Shown here in pieces: positions 19,517 to 29,151 of a DNA stretch of 47,593 nucleotides. The first letter of the stretch is position 1. Every line of letters begins with the position of its first letter. The translations under genes were made by a program, and so were the position numbers. A model generated the notes under the pieces. It searched no databases, had not been told where the DNA came from, and saw only the letters and a list, made by a program, of their open reading frames with translations. The stretch is from contig JABLTI010000009.1 in assembly GCA_013166835.1 (NCBI GenBank), positions 1 through 47,593 on the forward strand. The letters run 5' to 3'. This DNA is from Promethearchaeati archaeon (GTDB taxonomy: Archaea > Asgardarchaeota > Heimdallarchaeia > JABLTI01).

Positions 19517-20098
19517 CTAAATAGAACTAATTGCTTGTAATTCTTTCCTTAAATCATCGATATCTGTATCAGTTAAATCAACAGCGTCAGCTTCTCCAAA
19601 ATCACTTTGAGATACTGTAACTTCTTTTGATTTAATTTCTCGTTCTCTTTGTTGTAGCAATCTCTTTTCTCGGGATTGAAGATCTGATTTTATGATTTCA
19701 AAAAATCCTATAAATTGTGTCATGTCATTTGGTGGGATAATCCAGAAGGCATCGATTTTGAAACTAAAAGATTCCATTCCAAGACCAAAAACACTTGAAC
19801 GTAATTTGATTAAATTGCTAAATTCTCCTATAAAAGTTACAATACAGATTGTGCCATCAGTTGTTACGGGTAACCAATCGATAGAATTACGATTTCGAAC
19901 TAAAGAAACAATTCTACGTAGTTTTTGCTCTTTTTCTCCCGCACAATTTTGAAAAACCCATAAAGCGCAGATATTGTCTCCTTTCTTAGGTATATCTTTA
20001 GAACTGTCTGTTGGGATTTTTATCTGATCTATAGAGATATTGCTTTTACCGGTTTTATTTGTTTGAGGACACATTTGAATCATGAAAAAAAAGACCAT
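19517..20098 (-). CDS. Hypothetical protein with coiled-coil/acidic C-terminus
   Basis: 193-aa ORF, no recognisable family; start uncertain. Confidence 0.55.
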   Translation of the reverse strand: MVFFFMIQMCPQTNKTGKSNISIDQIKIPTDSSKDIPKKGDNICALWVFQNCAGEKEQKLRRIVSLVRNRNSIDWLPVTTDGTICIVTFIGEFSNLIKLRSSVFGLGMESFSFKIDAFWIIPPNDMTQFIGFFEIIKSDLQSREKRLLQQREREIKSKEVTVSQSDFGEADAVDLTDTDIDDLRKELQAISSI

Positions 20099-20211
20099 TA
20101 TAGTATTTTACATTTTCTCATGTAACAAATTCTTGGAAATTTAATTGGAAACACTTCGGAACGGATATTTTATTAACTAAAAATGAAAATTGGATTACTG
20201 AGAGCAAACAT

Positions 20212-20976
20212 ATGACTTCACAGAATATTGTACCAGGAGCAAAACCATTTTTCTATAAAAAAGGCAAAGTTGGTTGTTTATTATGTCATGGTTATACAGG
20301 AACACCTGATGAAGTTCATAACATAGGTAAATATCTGGCAGACAAAGGAATAACTACCATTGCTCCTCTATTACCAGGACATGGTACTACAATAGAGGAG
20401 CTAATAACAAAAACAGCTAATGATTGGTATGCTGAATATTGTTATGCTTTTAATTGGTTGAAAGAACATTGTGAAGAGTTTTTTGTGTGTGGACATTCAA
20501 TGGGAGGTGCTTTGACATTACGCTTCGCTATAGAGCATCAAGTTAATGGGATTATTACTCTAGCAACACCAACTAAACTCCGATTTATTCATAGAACATT
20601 TTTAGCAATAGCAGGACCAATTTTCAAGAATGCTGTGTTTAAGAAAAGCAAAAACGAAAAACAAGATCAAGAAAAACACACTATTCTTTGTTATGATGGG
20701 TATCCAATAGGTCCAGCAAATTCTTTAAGAAAATTATTGAAAAGCAACCTGGAAAAATTAGAAGCAATTAGCAATCCTATACTTATACTACAAGGATCCT
20801 TGGATGATAAATGGATAAGGAAATCAGCTAAGACAATTTTTGAAAGTGTTTCATCGAAAGATAAAGAACTAGTATTTCTAGAAAATTCTTCTCATAGTTT
20901 AACACACGAATCTGAAAAGGAAAAGATTAATGAGTTAATATACGAGTTTATTAGAAAGCGATCAAAAATAGAATGA
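20212..20976 (+). CDS. Alpha/beta hydrolase (carboxylesterase/monoacylglycerol lipase-like)
   Basis: HGYTG, LPGHG, GHSMGG nucleophile elbow, QGSLD, SSH. Confidence 0.92.
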   Translation: MTSQNIVPGAKPFFYKKGKVGCLLCHGYTGTPDEVHNIGKYLADKGITTIAPLLPGHGTTIEELITKTANDWYAEYCYAFNWLKEHCEEFFVCGHSMGGALTLRFAIEHQVNGIITLATPTKLRFIHRTFLAIAGPIFKNAVFKKSKNEKQDQEKHTILCYDGYPIGPANSLRKLLKSNLEKLEAISNPILILQGSLDDKWIRKSAKTIFESVSSKDKELVFLENSSHSLTHESEKEKINELIYEFIRKRSKIE

Positions 20977-21007
20977 TTTTTTTTAATTTGTTAGGGGATT
21001 AATTGAT

Positions 21008-21907
21008 TTGAATAAAACAAAGCATGATTGGAGTAAACTTCAAGGAGTAGACGATATAACAGTTGGAAGATATTTTGAGTATGATGAGGATGCAAAGAAA
21101 TTATTTCAGAAATGGTTTGCTTTCCTGCAGAAACCGAATATAAACGTTCTTGAGATTGGTTCAGGGAGTGGTTTTTTCACAAATATTCTCCTGAATCTTT
21201 TTGATAACATCAAGCTCACATGTTTGGAACCAGATGAAACATTTGTAGAAACTTTGAAGAGTAGATTCAAGAATCGTATCAAAATTGTAAATGAACCCAT
21301 AGAAACTACAACTATTCCATCTGATACTTTTGATTGTACAATTTCCCATATCGTTGTACACAATTTAGTGGATCCAATTATAGCCTTGCAACAAATGTCT
21401 CGAGTAGTAAGATCCAAAGGTAAAATAATTTCAATAGATCCTTTGCCATCCAGTAGAAATTATTATCCATCTGATGAAATAACAAAAGCGTTTGATTTCC
21501 TGGAAAAAGCTGTAAGATACAAATGCATGGAAAGACAGAAAACAAAAGGTGATATACAACAAAGAAATCCTTGGACTTATTTCTATCCGAAATTCTTCGA
21601 AGAAGTTGGATTAAAGAATATTACAAGTCATGGTTGGACATCAATCTTCACTATTTCAGATGCTCGTTATGATTTTTCAGAAAAGAAGAAGTGGTTCAAA
21701 CTCAGATACGATTTAGCTAAAAAGAAGCAAGCCAATATGAAAGATCTTTTACTTAGGAATGATGAAAAGGAGACCGAAATCGATGATGCTTTTACAGTTG
21801 TTTTCGACTATTTTGAGAAATTATTGACTATAACTGAAAAAGACCTAAAACAAATGCATGAACAGAATATCGTTCATCGAGTTATAACAATAGGTGAAAA
21901 ACCATAA
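21008..21907 (+). CDS. Class I SAM-dependent methyltransferase
   Basis: VLEIGSGSG motif I; DTFDCTISHIVVHNLVDP; RVVRSKG. Confidence 0.88.
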   Translation: MNKTKHDWSKLQGVDDITVGRYFEYDEDAKKLFQKWFAFLQKPNINVLEIGSGSGFFTNILLNLFDNIKLTCLEPDETFVETLKSRFKNRIKIVNEPIETTTIPSDTFDCTISHIVVHNLVDPIIALQQMSRVVRSKGKIISIDPLPSSRNYYPSDEITKAFDFLEKAVRYKCMERQKTKGDIQQRNPWTYFYPKFFEEVGLKNITSHGWTSIFTISDARYDFSEKKKWFKLRYDLAKKKQANMKDLLLRNDEKETEIDDAFTVVFDYFEKLLTITEKDLKQMHEQNIVHRVITIGEKP

Positions 21908-21961
21908 TTCTGTATTTTAACCAAGAAACATTTAAATAACTCTAGTCAGACCTCTTACTGA

Positions 21962-22405
21962 TTGATTATGTGGATTCTCGATGTCGTTTCAGGAGTAGGA
22001 AAAACGAGCTCAATTCAAGTAGCAATTTTAATGGAGTTTGCAAAATCTAAAGAGACTCCAAAGAAAGTGACTGAAATAATAGAAGTTTTGAAGGATTCTT
22101 TCGCAGGATTTTGGGAGCCAAAGAAAGGAACAATTTATCCAACCGTACATAATTTGCATGTAAGGGGTTACTTGAAACTGCATGCAGTTAAACCATATGG
22201 TTATTCAATTTCAGAGAAAGGATTGGAAGCAATTGATAAAATATTCTCAAATATCAATCTTCAAATGGAAGCATATATGCAATATTACACATTTCTTCTT
22301 AACAATTATAGTCAAATAAATCAAAAGAAAGCAAAAGAGACAATTACACATATCTCGAAATCAATTAGTGAATATATCAAAGAAATGAACACAATAAATA
22401 ATTGA
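21962..22405 (+). CDS. PadR-family transcriptional regulator
   Basis: WEPKKGTIYPTVHNL...GYL...YSISEKG wHTH signature. Confidence 0.88.
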   Translation: MIMWILDVVSGVGKTSSIQVAILMEFAKSKETPKKVTEIIEVLKDSFAGFWEPKKGTIYPTVHNLHVRGYLKLHAVKPYGYSISEKGLEAIDKIFSNINLQMEAYMQYYTFLLNNYSQINQKKAKETITHISKSISEYIKEMNTINN

Positions 22406-22460
22406 GTAAATTCAGTTTAAGAATGAAAAAAATTAAAACTAACCATAACAGCAATTACAT

Positions 22461-23643
22461 ATGGTAAAAATTACGAATTTTTATGGAACCTCGTGGTGCT
22501 CTGATTGTAAACGATCAAAAACATTTCTTGGTGGACACCGAATTCCGTATAATTGGATAGACATAGATGAGAATGAAGAAGCAGCATTAATCGTTGAAAA
22601 AATTAATGACGGAAAACGACGTGTGCCAACTATTGAATTCGATGATGGTACATTTCTTGTGGTTCCACAAATGCTGAATTAGCACAAAAACTAAGCTTAC
22701 AAACAAAACCTAAACACAAATATCATGATATATTGATCATAGGCGGAGGTCCTGCAGGGTTAACATGTGCTCTCTATACTTCTCGAGAAGGTTATGATAC
22801 TGCTCTTGTAGAAAAAAGTGCCTTGGGAGGTCAGGTTGGAGTAACAGAGAGACTAGATAATTATCCGGGATTTCCTGAAGGAATATCCGGGAATGATTTA
22901 GCAGATAGAATAGCACGGCAAGTAGAAAAATTTGGCGTGGAATTCATTAAAGCAACAGAAATTGCTAGTATATCTGATATGGGTCATTGCTTAGTAGCAA
23001 AAACAACAACTGGAGAAGAAATAGATGCGAAAGCAATGGTTATTGCTACTGGTAGTGAATATAAAATGTTAGAAGTTCCCGGAGAGAGAAAATTACTTGG
23101 ATATAAAATCCACTTTTGCAGTACTTGTGATGGTCCTTTTTACAAAGGAAAAGAAGTAATGGTTATTGGTGGAGGAAATTCAGCTTTCGAGGAATCAGTC
23201 TTTCTAGCACGATTTGCATCAAAGGTCACCATTGTAGGAAGATCTGATGAATGGAAAGCATCAGCAGTTCTAAAACAGAAAATATCAGAAATACCAAACA
23301 TAAAATTAGTAAAAACAAAGTTGTTAAAGAATTCATAGTCGGTCCAAAGAAGACATTGAAGGGAGTAAAATTCTATGATAAAGACACCGAGAAAGATATT
23401 GTATTGCATCCCGATGGTGTTTTCATTTTCATTGGATTGAAACCAAATGTCGATATTGTCAAAGATTTAGTAGCTTGTGATGAGGGTGGATTCATAATAA
23501 CAAAAACCAACATGATGACAAGCACTCCTGGACTATTTGCTGCTGGTGATTGCCGATCAGGATCTACAAAACAAGCTGCAGCTGCAGCAGGTGAAGGTGC
23601 AGCAGTAGCATTAATGGTAAGAGATTATCTGAAAAAGAAATAA
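22461..23643 (+). pseudogene. trxB: NrdH-like glutaredoxin-thioredoxin reductase fusion split by two 1-nt frameshifts (about 22667 and 23311-23315)
   Basis: WCSDC/VPTI glutaredoxin domain; IIGGGPAG, CSTCDG, GGGNSA, GLFAAGD; adding one base at each site gives a continuous protein (..VVPxNAELAQKL.., ..KLVKNKVVKEF..). Confidence 0.85.
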
Positions 23644-23659
23644 TCACAATATCAGAAAA

Positions 23660-23770
23660 TGGAGCCGCTGGGGGGATGTGTTCGAGTAGAAGCCACAACT
23701 TCTACTTATTGAACCCCCGATTTTTCAGTTTACGAGACTGACGCCTTCTACCTAGCTTGGCCACAGCGAC
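23660..23770 (-). tRNA. tRNA-Thr (anticodon CGU), encoded CCA, 31-nt intron in the T loop at position 58/59
   Basis: Minus strand: GTCGCTG TG GCCA..AGGC G TCAGT CTCGTAA ACTGA AAAATC GGGGG TTCAA[intron 23708-23678]AT CCCCC CAGCGGC T CCA; U73 discriminator fits archaeal Thr. Confidence 0.95.
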
Positions 23771-23986
23771 TTAGTGTTCTCTGAGAATTAACTTTTTACT
23801 GTTCTTAATATTTTTTATCATCCCACCATAAAAAAATTACATTTTTGCTAAAATCCCTATTTTTTGAATATATTTCTGGGTAACATCTTCATCCCCAAAG
23901 CTTTTAAGTACTGGTTTAACAAAGATTCGTATTACCTATTGGTATATAATTTCCAATATTAAACGAAAAAGGTGTAAACTGTAACA

Positions 23987-24142
23987 ATGAATCTAATTTC
24001 AGTAAAAATTCCAGAGACATTTCTTGAAGGGTTAGATGATTTAGTGAGATTAGGTGTTTATCCGAGTAGGTCTGAGGCAATTCGTGTAGCTATTAGGGAT
24101 CTTTTAAGGAAAGAGTTGTGGGATAGTAAAAGACGAGGATAA
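23987..24142 (+). CDS. Small ribbon-helix-helix (CopG/Arc/MetJ; CdrS-like) regulator, absent from the ORF track
   Basis: Manual translation [51 protein letters not shown]; AGGTG SD upstream. Confidence 0.9.
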   Translation: MNLISVKIPETFLEGLDDLVRLGVYPSRSEAIRVAIRDLLRKELWDSKRRG

Positions 24143-24221
24143 TTCTTCTTTTTCCTTTCTTTCCAAAAACCATAATAAGAATAGTTACTATTTTGTTAAG
24201 CAATACTGAGGGACTGAACAA

Positions 24222-24641
24222 ATGGTAGTGTACTCAACAGAAATTGATTTAGATACCGAAGGTGAAATCCAAATTTTTGATATCACTTTAAATGTCCGAA
24301 ATGCTATCAAAGATTCTGGAATAACAAAAGGCTTGGTAAATGTTTTTGTGCCTGGAGCAACAGGGGCAATTACAACCTTGGAATATGAACCTAGATTAGT
24401 TCAGGATACAATTAACATGCTGAAAAAGCTTGTGCCTATGGGTATTGGTTATCAACATGATTATCAAGATGATAACGCTCATAGTCATTTACGAGCAAGT
24501 TTGTTGTCTCCAGAGTTAACAATTCCAGTCATTGATGGGGCTCCTGTTCTTGGAACTTGGCAACAAGTTGTTTTTCTTGAATTAGATACTAGAGGTCGTG
24601 AACGAAAAATCATTGTTACAGTTATGGGTGATAAGAAATAA
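24222..24641 (+). CDS. yjbQ: YjbQ/UPF0047 family protein
   Basis: GATGAITTLEYE, NAHSHL, LGTWQQVVFLELD. Confidence 0.93.
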   Translation: MVVYSTEIDLDTEGEIQIFDITLNVRNAIKDSGITKGLVNVFVPGATGAITTLEYEPRLVQDTINMLKKLVPMGIGYQHDYQDDNAHSHLRASLLSPELTIPVIDGAPVLGTWQQVVFLELDTRGRERKIIVTVMGDKK

Positions 24642-24689
24642 GTTGGATTCTTAGTACTTCCATCAGCAGAGTCTCTATGAGGTTAACTA

Positions 24690-24890
24690 TTGTTGAATAA
24701 ACGGTTCATTGTTCTACGATGCCCACAATGTGGAAAATGGACATATGCAAGAAGTAAACAAAAAACTCGTTTTTGCAGCAGATGCGAGAAACGATTCAAA
24801 ATTGATCCAGTACAAGTGATTTATGCTGCAGATCATAGGCAAGCACATTATCTTGTCAAGATGAAAAATGAAGAAGAGATGAATAAATAG
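24690..24890 (+). CDS. Zinc-ribbon protein (DUF1922-like)
   Basis: CPQCG...CSRC pairs; GAGG SD. Confidence 0.75.
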   Translation: MLNKRFIVLRCPQCGKWTYARSKQKTRFCSRCEKRFKIDPVQVIYAADHRQAHYLVKMKNEEEMNK

Positions 24891-25023
24891 TTTTATTAAG
24901 AAAGTTTTTTCCTTGTTTTTAGTTAAATAGTATCCACAAACAAACGGAAAAATATTTTAAAGACAAATTTTCTACAAGCAGTAGTTCTGAAGAAATTCAA
25001 GACAGATAATCGTGGTGTAAAAC

Positions 25024-25224
25024 TTGAAACCAAGGTCATGGATGATCCTAATACTTGCCATAGGAGCGATATCCCTAGTCGTAGGAATTACGCTCATACT
25101 AAATATTGAAAATTATCCTAATTTTGCAGAATTTTTCAATATGGATCCAACAAAAATTGATGCATTTACAGATTTCATTTGGCAGTATGTAACTGGGATA
25201 CCGATACCAGACCCAATAACTTAG
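25024..25224 (+). CDS. Small single-TM protein
   Basis: Hydrophobic N-terminal helix; GGTG SD; directly upstream of the 4Fe-4S membrane protein. Confidence 0.6.
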   Translation: MKPRSWMILILAIGAISLVVGITLILNIENYPNFAEFFNMDPTKIDAFTDFIWQYVTGIPIPDPIT

Positions 25225-25241
25225 TAAACAACTAACGAACG

Positions 25242-26204
25242 GTGAATATCAAAATGGGAACAAGTTCCAAAGACTCAAAAGCAAAAACATTCGGGTTACG
25301 AATACTTGAAGGTATGAACTCCCGAAAGGTACGTCTACTAAGATGGTTAGTACAAATTACTTCATTTTTGGTAATTAATGGTGGTCTAATAGGTCTTGGT
25401 TGGACATATATCCCGTTACCAATTAATCAACCAAGCGGAGCACCTTTCACAACAATAATCGGTGCATTTGACGCATTCCAAGATGGGATTGCTGGTGGTT
25501 TCTTTCCATTTGTTATATTTGGTGTGTGCCTGATTATAGGTGCGATATTCGGAAGAACGTTGTGTGGATGGATTTGTCCCTTTGGTTTCTTCCAAGATTT
25601 GATGCGATTAGTACCCATTAAGAAACTAAAAATCTCGAAACCTTTGAATAAAGGATTAAGAGACATTCGTGCAGTTATCTTTTGGGCTGTAATTCTAGTT
25701 GCAGGTTTTGTTGGATACAAAGAAATAATCGATCAAAGTGTTGTTGAGAGCTTTAATGCTTTTGCTAATCAACCTTGGACTCCATTTAATCCAGCTGCAA
25801 CATTATTTGTAATGTTCTTCTATATGATTTTCTGGCAACAATATCCTGGCGGAGACCCAGATTTTGTAGCAGGTAACTGGAATTTCATGTTTTATTTCAG
25901 AATTATATTATTAGTTGCTGTAATCGGATTAAGTATCTTTATCCCAAGATTCTACTGTCGATACGTTTGTCCAATTGGTTATGCTATGGGTTTCCCAGCA
26001 AAATATAGCTTAATTGGAGTGGCAAGAAATCCAGCACGATGCACTCATTGCGGAAGCTGTGAGGAAATGTGTGAAAAATCTGCTATGCAAGTCCCAATAT
26101 TGGATTACTCTTACGAGCGAATCAGAGATGCGAATTGTAACAACTGTGGGTCTTGTTTAGATGCCTGTCCTCATGGAGCAATTTACTTCAAATTCAAAGG
26201 CTAA
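25242..26204 (+). CDS. NapH/MauN-like 4Fe-4S membrane protein
   Basis: GRTLCGWICPFG, RFYCRYVCPIG, CTHCGSCEEMC, CNNCGSCLDACP. Confidence 0.9.
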   Translation: MNIKMGTSSKDSKAKTFGLRILEGMNSRKVRLLRWLVQITSFLVINGGLIGLGWTYIPLPINQPSGAPFTTIIGAFDAFQDGIAGGFFPFVIFGVCLIIGAIFGRTLCGWICPFGFFQDLMRLVPIKKLKISKPLNKGLRDIRAVIFWAVILVAGFVGYKEIIDQSVVESFNAFANQPWTPFNPAATLFVMFFYMIFWQQYPGGDPDFVAGNWNFMFYFRIILLVAVIGLSIFIPRFYCRYVCPIGYAMGFPAKYSLIGVARNPARCTHCGSCEEMCEKSAMQVPILDYSYERIRDANCNNCGSCLDACPHGAIYFKFKG

Positions 26205-26291
26205 AATTAAGAAGTAAAACAGAATCCCCCTTGAGGGATTTACTCCTTTTTTTCCCAAAAATCATTTTAGAGATGATTTGATATAGTTTCT

Positions 26292-27050
26292 ATGAGAAAA
26301 ATGAAAGATGAAATTTCTTTAGCGGTGGAATTAGCGAACAGTCTTAAGAAAAAAGACAAGTTACATGCTTATGTTTTAACCGGTGCAGGAACATCAAGAG
26401 CTTCAAACATCCCTACTTTTCGCGGGGAAGATGGTCTCTGGGAGAAGTATAACTTTGAAGAGGTTGCTACTTTAAATGCATGGCTAAAGAATCCAGTTAA
26501 AATTTGGACATTTTATGTGGAAGGAATACAGCTTATTTTGGACTCAGAACCAAATCCTGCGCATATTGCTATTGCTGAATTAGAAGCAAAGAATTTTTGT
26601 CAATATGTAATAACACAAAATGCAGATGGTCTGCATCAAAAAGCTGGATCGAAAAATGTTCTTGAAATACATGGTAACCTAACAAGGGTTCGTTGTACTA
26701 AATGCAATAAAAAACAAGTATTTACTGAACCTCCTAAAGATATACCTCCAAAATGTGGGTGTGGGAGTATGTATCGTCCTGATGTTGTTTTGTTTAATGA
26801 ACAATTACCTTCGGATTTAATTACCAAATCATTTACCATAGCAAAAAAAGTTGACTTGGCTATTATTGTAGGAACAAGTGCAGAGGTAGTTCCAGCTGCA
26901 ACATTACCCTTTATTTCAAAAGAAAGTGGTGTGAAGGTTTTGGTTTTTAATAAAGAAAAAACTGATCATATACGCATTGCTGATGTTTTCATACAAGGTA
27001 AGTGTGAGGAAACTCTCCCAGCGTTCGTTGAACGACTTTCAAAGAATTAA
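26292..27050 (+). CDS. cobB: Sir2-family NAD-dependent protein deacylase
   Basis: TGAGTSRASNIPTFRG, ITQNADGLH, EIHG, CxxC..CxC zinc site, RPDVVLF, GTS. Confidence 0.95.
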   Translation: MRKMKDEISLAVELANSLKKKDKLHAYVLTGAGTSRASNIPTFRGEDGLWEKYNFEEVATLNAWLKNPVKIWTFYVEGIQLILDSEPNPAHIAIAELEAKNFCQYVITQNADGLHQKAGSKNVLEIHGNLTRVRCTKCNKKQVFTEPPKDIPPKCGCGSMYRPDVVLFNEQLPSDLITKSFTIAKKVDLAIIVGTSAEVVPAATLPFISKESGVKVLVFNKEKTDHIRIADVFIQGKCEETLPAFVERLSKN

Positions 27051-27156
27051 AAAAATTGATAAATTACTCGAAAAGAACAAATTTATTATCTTTCAATCGG
27101 AATATTTACATTTTAGAAGGAAAACAAAGTCTAATTGTAGTTTCGGAGTTAAGACA

Positions 27157-28380
27157 ATGAAAATTCATCTAACAGTAACACTTGTCGGACCCTTTGCTCT
27201 AGATGAGGAAGGGAATATTATTGACACAAGGAATTTTGAGTTGAAACCGCAAATTGTTTCTGAAAAATTAGCAAAACTCGATATGGGAGAATTACCAAAA
27301 GAATTAGAGGATATGTTAAAAGATCAAAAGAAAAATCAGATTGTAGTTAATAACTTAAATCTAAATCGAATTTTATCCGCCAAAAAATTCAACGTTGTTA
27401 TTGATTATGATGACCCTGTCATTGATACTTTCCATAAGAATTTTATCGATAATGTCCAGAATATGGGTTTGTTTAAGGCAAGAAAGGATTATATAAGATT
27501 TTTACGAGAAGCTATGATTCAATTAACAAGAGAAAGAGTCAGGCAATCAGCACAAAAAAGAGATGGCCTTATTGTTCATGCTATAGAAACCATAGATGAT
27601 TTAGATAAAACAATTAATCTTTTTTCAAGTCGACTCAGAGAATTTTATGGCATGCATTTTCCAGAGTTAGTGGATGCAATAGAGAATCATAACACCTTTG
27701 CTAAAGTTGTAAGTATAACAGGAAATAAATCTAATATTGATAAGAAATTACTAGTGGATGAAATTAGTTTACCAGAGAAAAAAGCAGAGAAACTACTTGC
27801 TTCTCGCAACAATTCTATGGGTTCACCCCTTCTCGATCAAGATATCCTAATCATACAGGATCAAGCCACGGTTATTGTTGAATTATTTAAACGACGACAA
27901 GCTCTTGAAAAATGGATGGAAGAAGCAATGACTGCAATAGCTCCTAATATGTGCGGGGTCGTGAATCCTTTACTTGGAGCAAGACTCATTTCATTAGCTG
28001 GAAGCTTAAAACAATTAGCATTAAGCCCCTCGAGTAAAATCCAGATATTAGGGGCTGAAAAAGCATTATATAGAACAATTAAAACAGGAGCACCTCCACC
28101 AAAACATGGTGTTATATTCCAAGATTCAAGATTGAACCAAGCGAAATGGTGGCAAAGAGGTAAGATTGCTCGAGTGATTTCTGGTCGTTTGTCAATTGCT
28201 GTTCGAATGGATTTCTTCAAAGCTGAAGACAAATCAGAAGTCTTAACAAAAGAAGTAACTGAAAAAATCGCAGAAGTTCTTGAAAAATATCCTGAACCGC
28301 CTGAAAGACCAATGAGACGAGAATTCAAGACATCAAGACCACCTCAGAGAAGAGGACCTCAAAAGAGAAAAAAGAGATGA
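27157..28380 (+). CDS. nop5: Box C/D sRNP protein Nop5 (Nop56/58)
   Basis: RLREFYGMHFPEL, IAPN, LGARLI, IQILGAEKAL, PPKHG; likely start ATG 27157 with GGAG SD. Confidence 0.96.
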   Translation: MKIHLTVTLVGPFALDEEGNIIDTRNFELKPQIVSEKLAKLDMGELPKELEDMLKDQKKNQIVVNNLNLNRILSAKKFNVVIDYDDPVIDTFHKNFIDNVQNMGLFKARKDYIRFLREAMIQLTRERVRQSAQKRDGLIVHAIETIDDLDKTINLFSSRLREFYGMHFPELVDAIENHNTFAKVVSITGNKSNIDKKLLVDEISLPEKKAEKLLASRNNSMGSPLLDQDILIIQDQATVIVELFKRRQALEKWMEEAMTAIAPNMCGVVNPLLGARLISLAGSLKQLALSPSSKIQILGAEKALYRTIKTGAPPPKHGVIFQDSRLNQAKWWQRGKIARVISGRLSIAVRMDFFKAEDKSEVLTKEVTEKIAEVLEKYPEPPERPMRREFKTSRPPQRRGPQKRKKR

Positions 28381-28386
28381 TAAAAA

Positions 28387-29073
28387 ATGGAAATTAAAAA
28401 TTATAAATCATTCAAAGGTATCTACAACATCTTCTTTCCAGATGGTAGTAAGAAAATTGCAACAAAAAATCTAAATCCGGGATTTAAGGTGTATGATGAA
28501 GATTTAATTCCATTTAAAAACGTAGAATACCGTTTATGGGATCCAACAAGATCAAAGTTTGCTGCGGCAATCATTAAAGGATTAAAATACATTCCAATAC
28601 AACCCGGAAGCAAAGTGCTGTACCTTGGAGCTGCTTCAGGTACAACACCATCACATGTCTCTGATATCATTGGTTTAGAAGGGTTACAATATTGTATTGA
28701 GTTTTCACCAAGATCCATACGTGATTTGGTTTTCCTCTGCGAAAAAAGAGAAAATATGCTACCAATTTTAGATGATGCAAGGTATCCAAGAAATTATGAT
28801 TACATCTTAGAAAAAGTAGATGTAGTTTATTGTGATATAGCACAACCTGATCAAGCGAAAATCATAGCAGATAATGCAAATGTGTTTCTAAAACCAAATG
28901 GATACATTATGCTTGCAATAAAAGCAAGAAGCATTAGTTCCACAAAGAATCCATCAGTTGTTTACAAACAACAAATGGAAATCCTAGAAGATGAGGGATT
29001 CGATATTTTAGAAGCAATTGATTTGCATCCTTTAGAAAAAGACCATGCAATGATCCTAGGAAAGAAGAGCTGA
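28387..29073 (+). CDS. flpA: Fibrillarin-like rRNA/tRNA 2'-O-methyltransferase
   Basis: YRLWDPTRSK, VLYLGAASGTTPSHVSD, DIAQPDQ, IKARSI, KDHA. Confidence 0.97.
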   Translation: MEIKNYKSFKGIYNIFFPDGSKKIATKNLNPGFKVYDEDLIPFKNVEYRLWDPTRSKFAAAIIKGLKYIPIQPGSKVLYLGAASGTTPSHVSDIIGLEGLQYCIEFSPRSIRDLVFLCEKRENMLPILDDARYPRNYDYILEKVDVVYCDIAQPDQAKIIADNANVFLKPNGYIMLAIKARSISSTKNPSVVYKQQMEILEDEGFDILEAIDLHPLEKDHAMILGKKS

Positions 29074-29151
29074 TACTGAATATTCACAAACCAAAGAAAT
29101 AATAAACTGAAAGGTAATCAATAAGTATTAATTCCTTGTTTAAAGGATAAT

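Noticed and set aside
22660-23320. Programmed ribosomal frameshifting in trxB
   Set aside because: Two separate shifts would be needed and neither has a clear slippery heptamer with a downstream structure.
26977-27156. 60-aa N-terminal extension of Nop5 in the ORF track
   Set aside because: It overlaps the Sir2 gene and intergenic DNA; ATG 27157 has an SD and gives a normal length.
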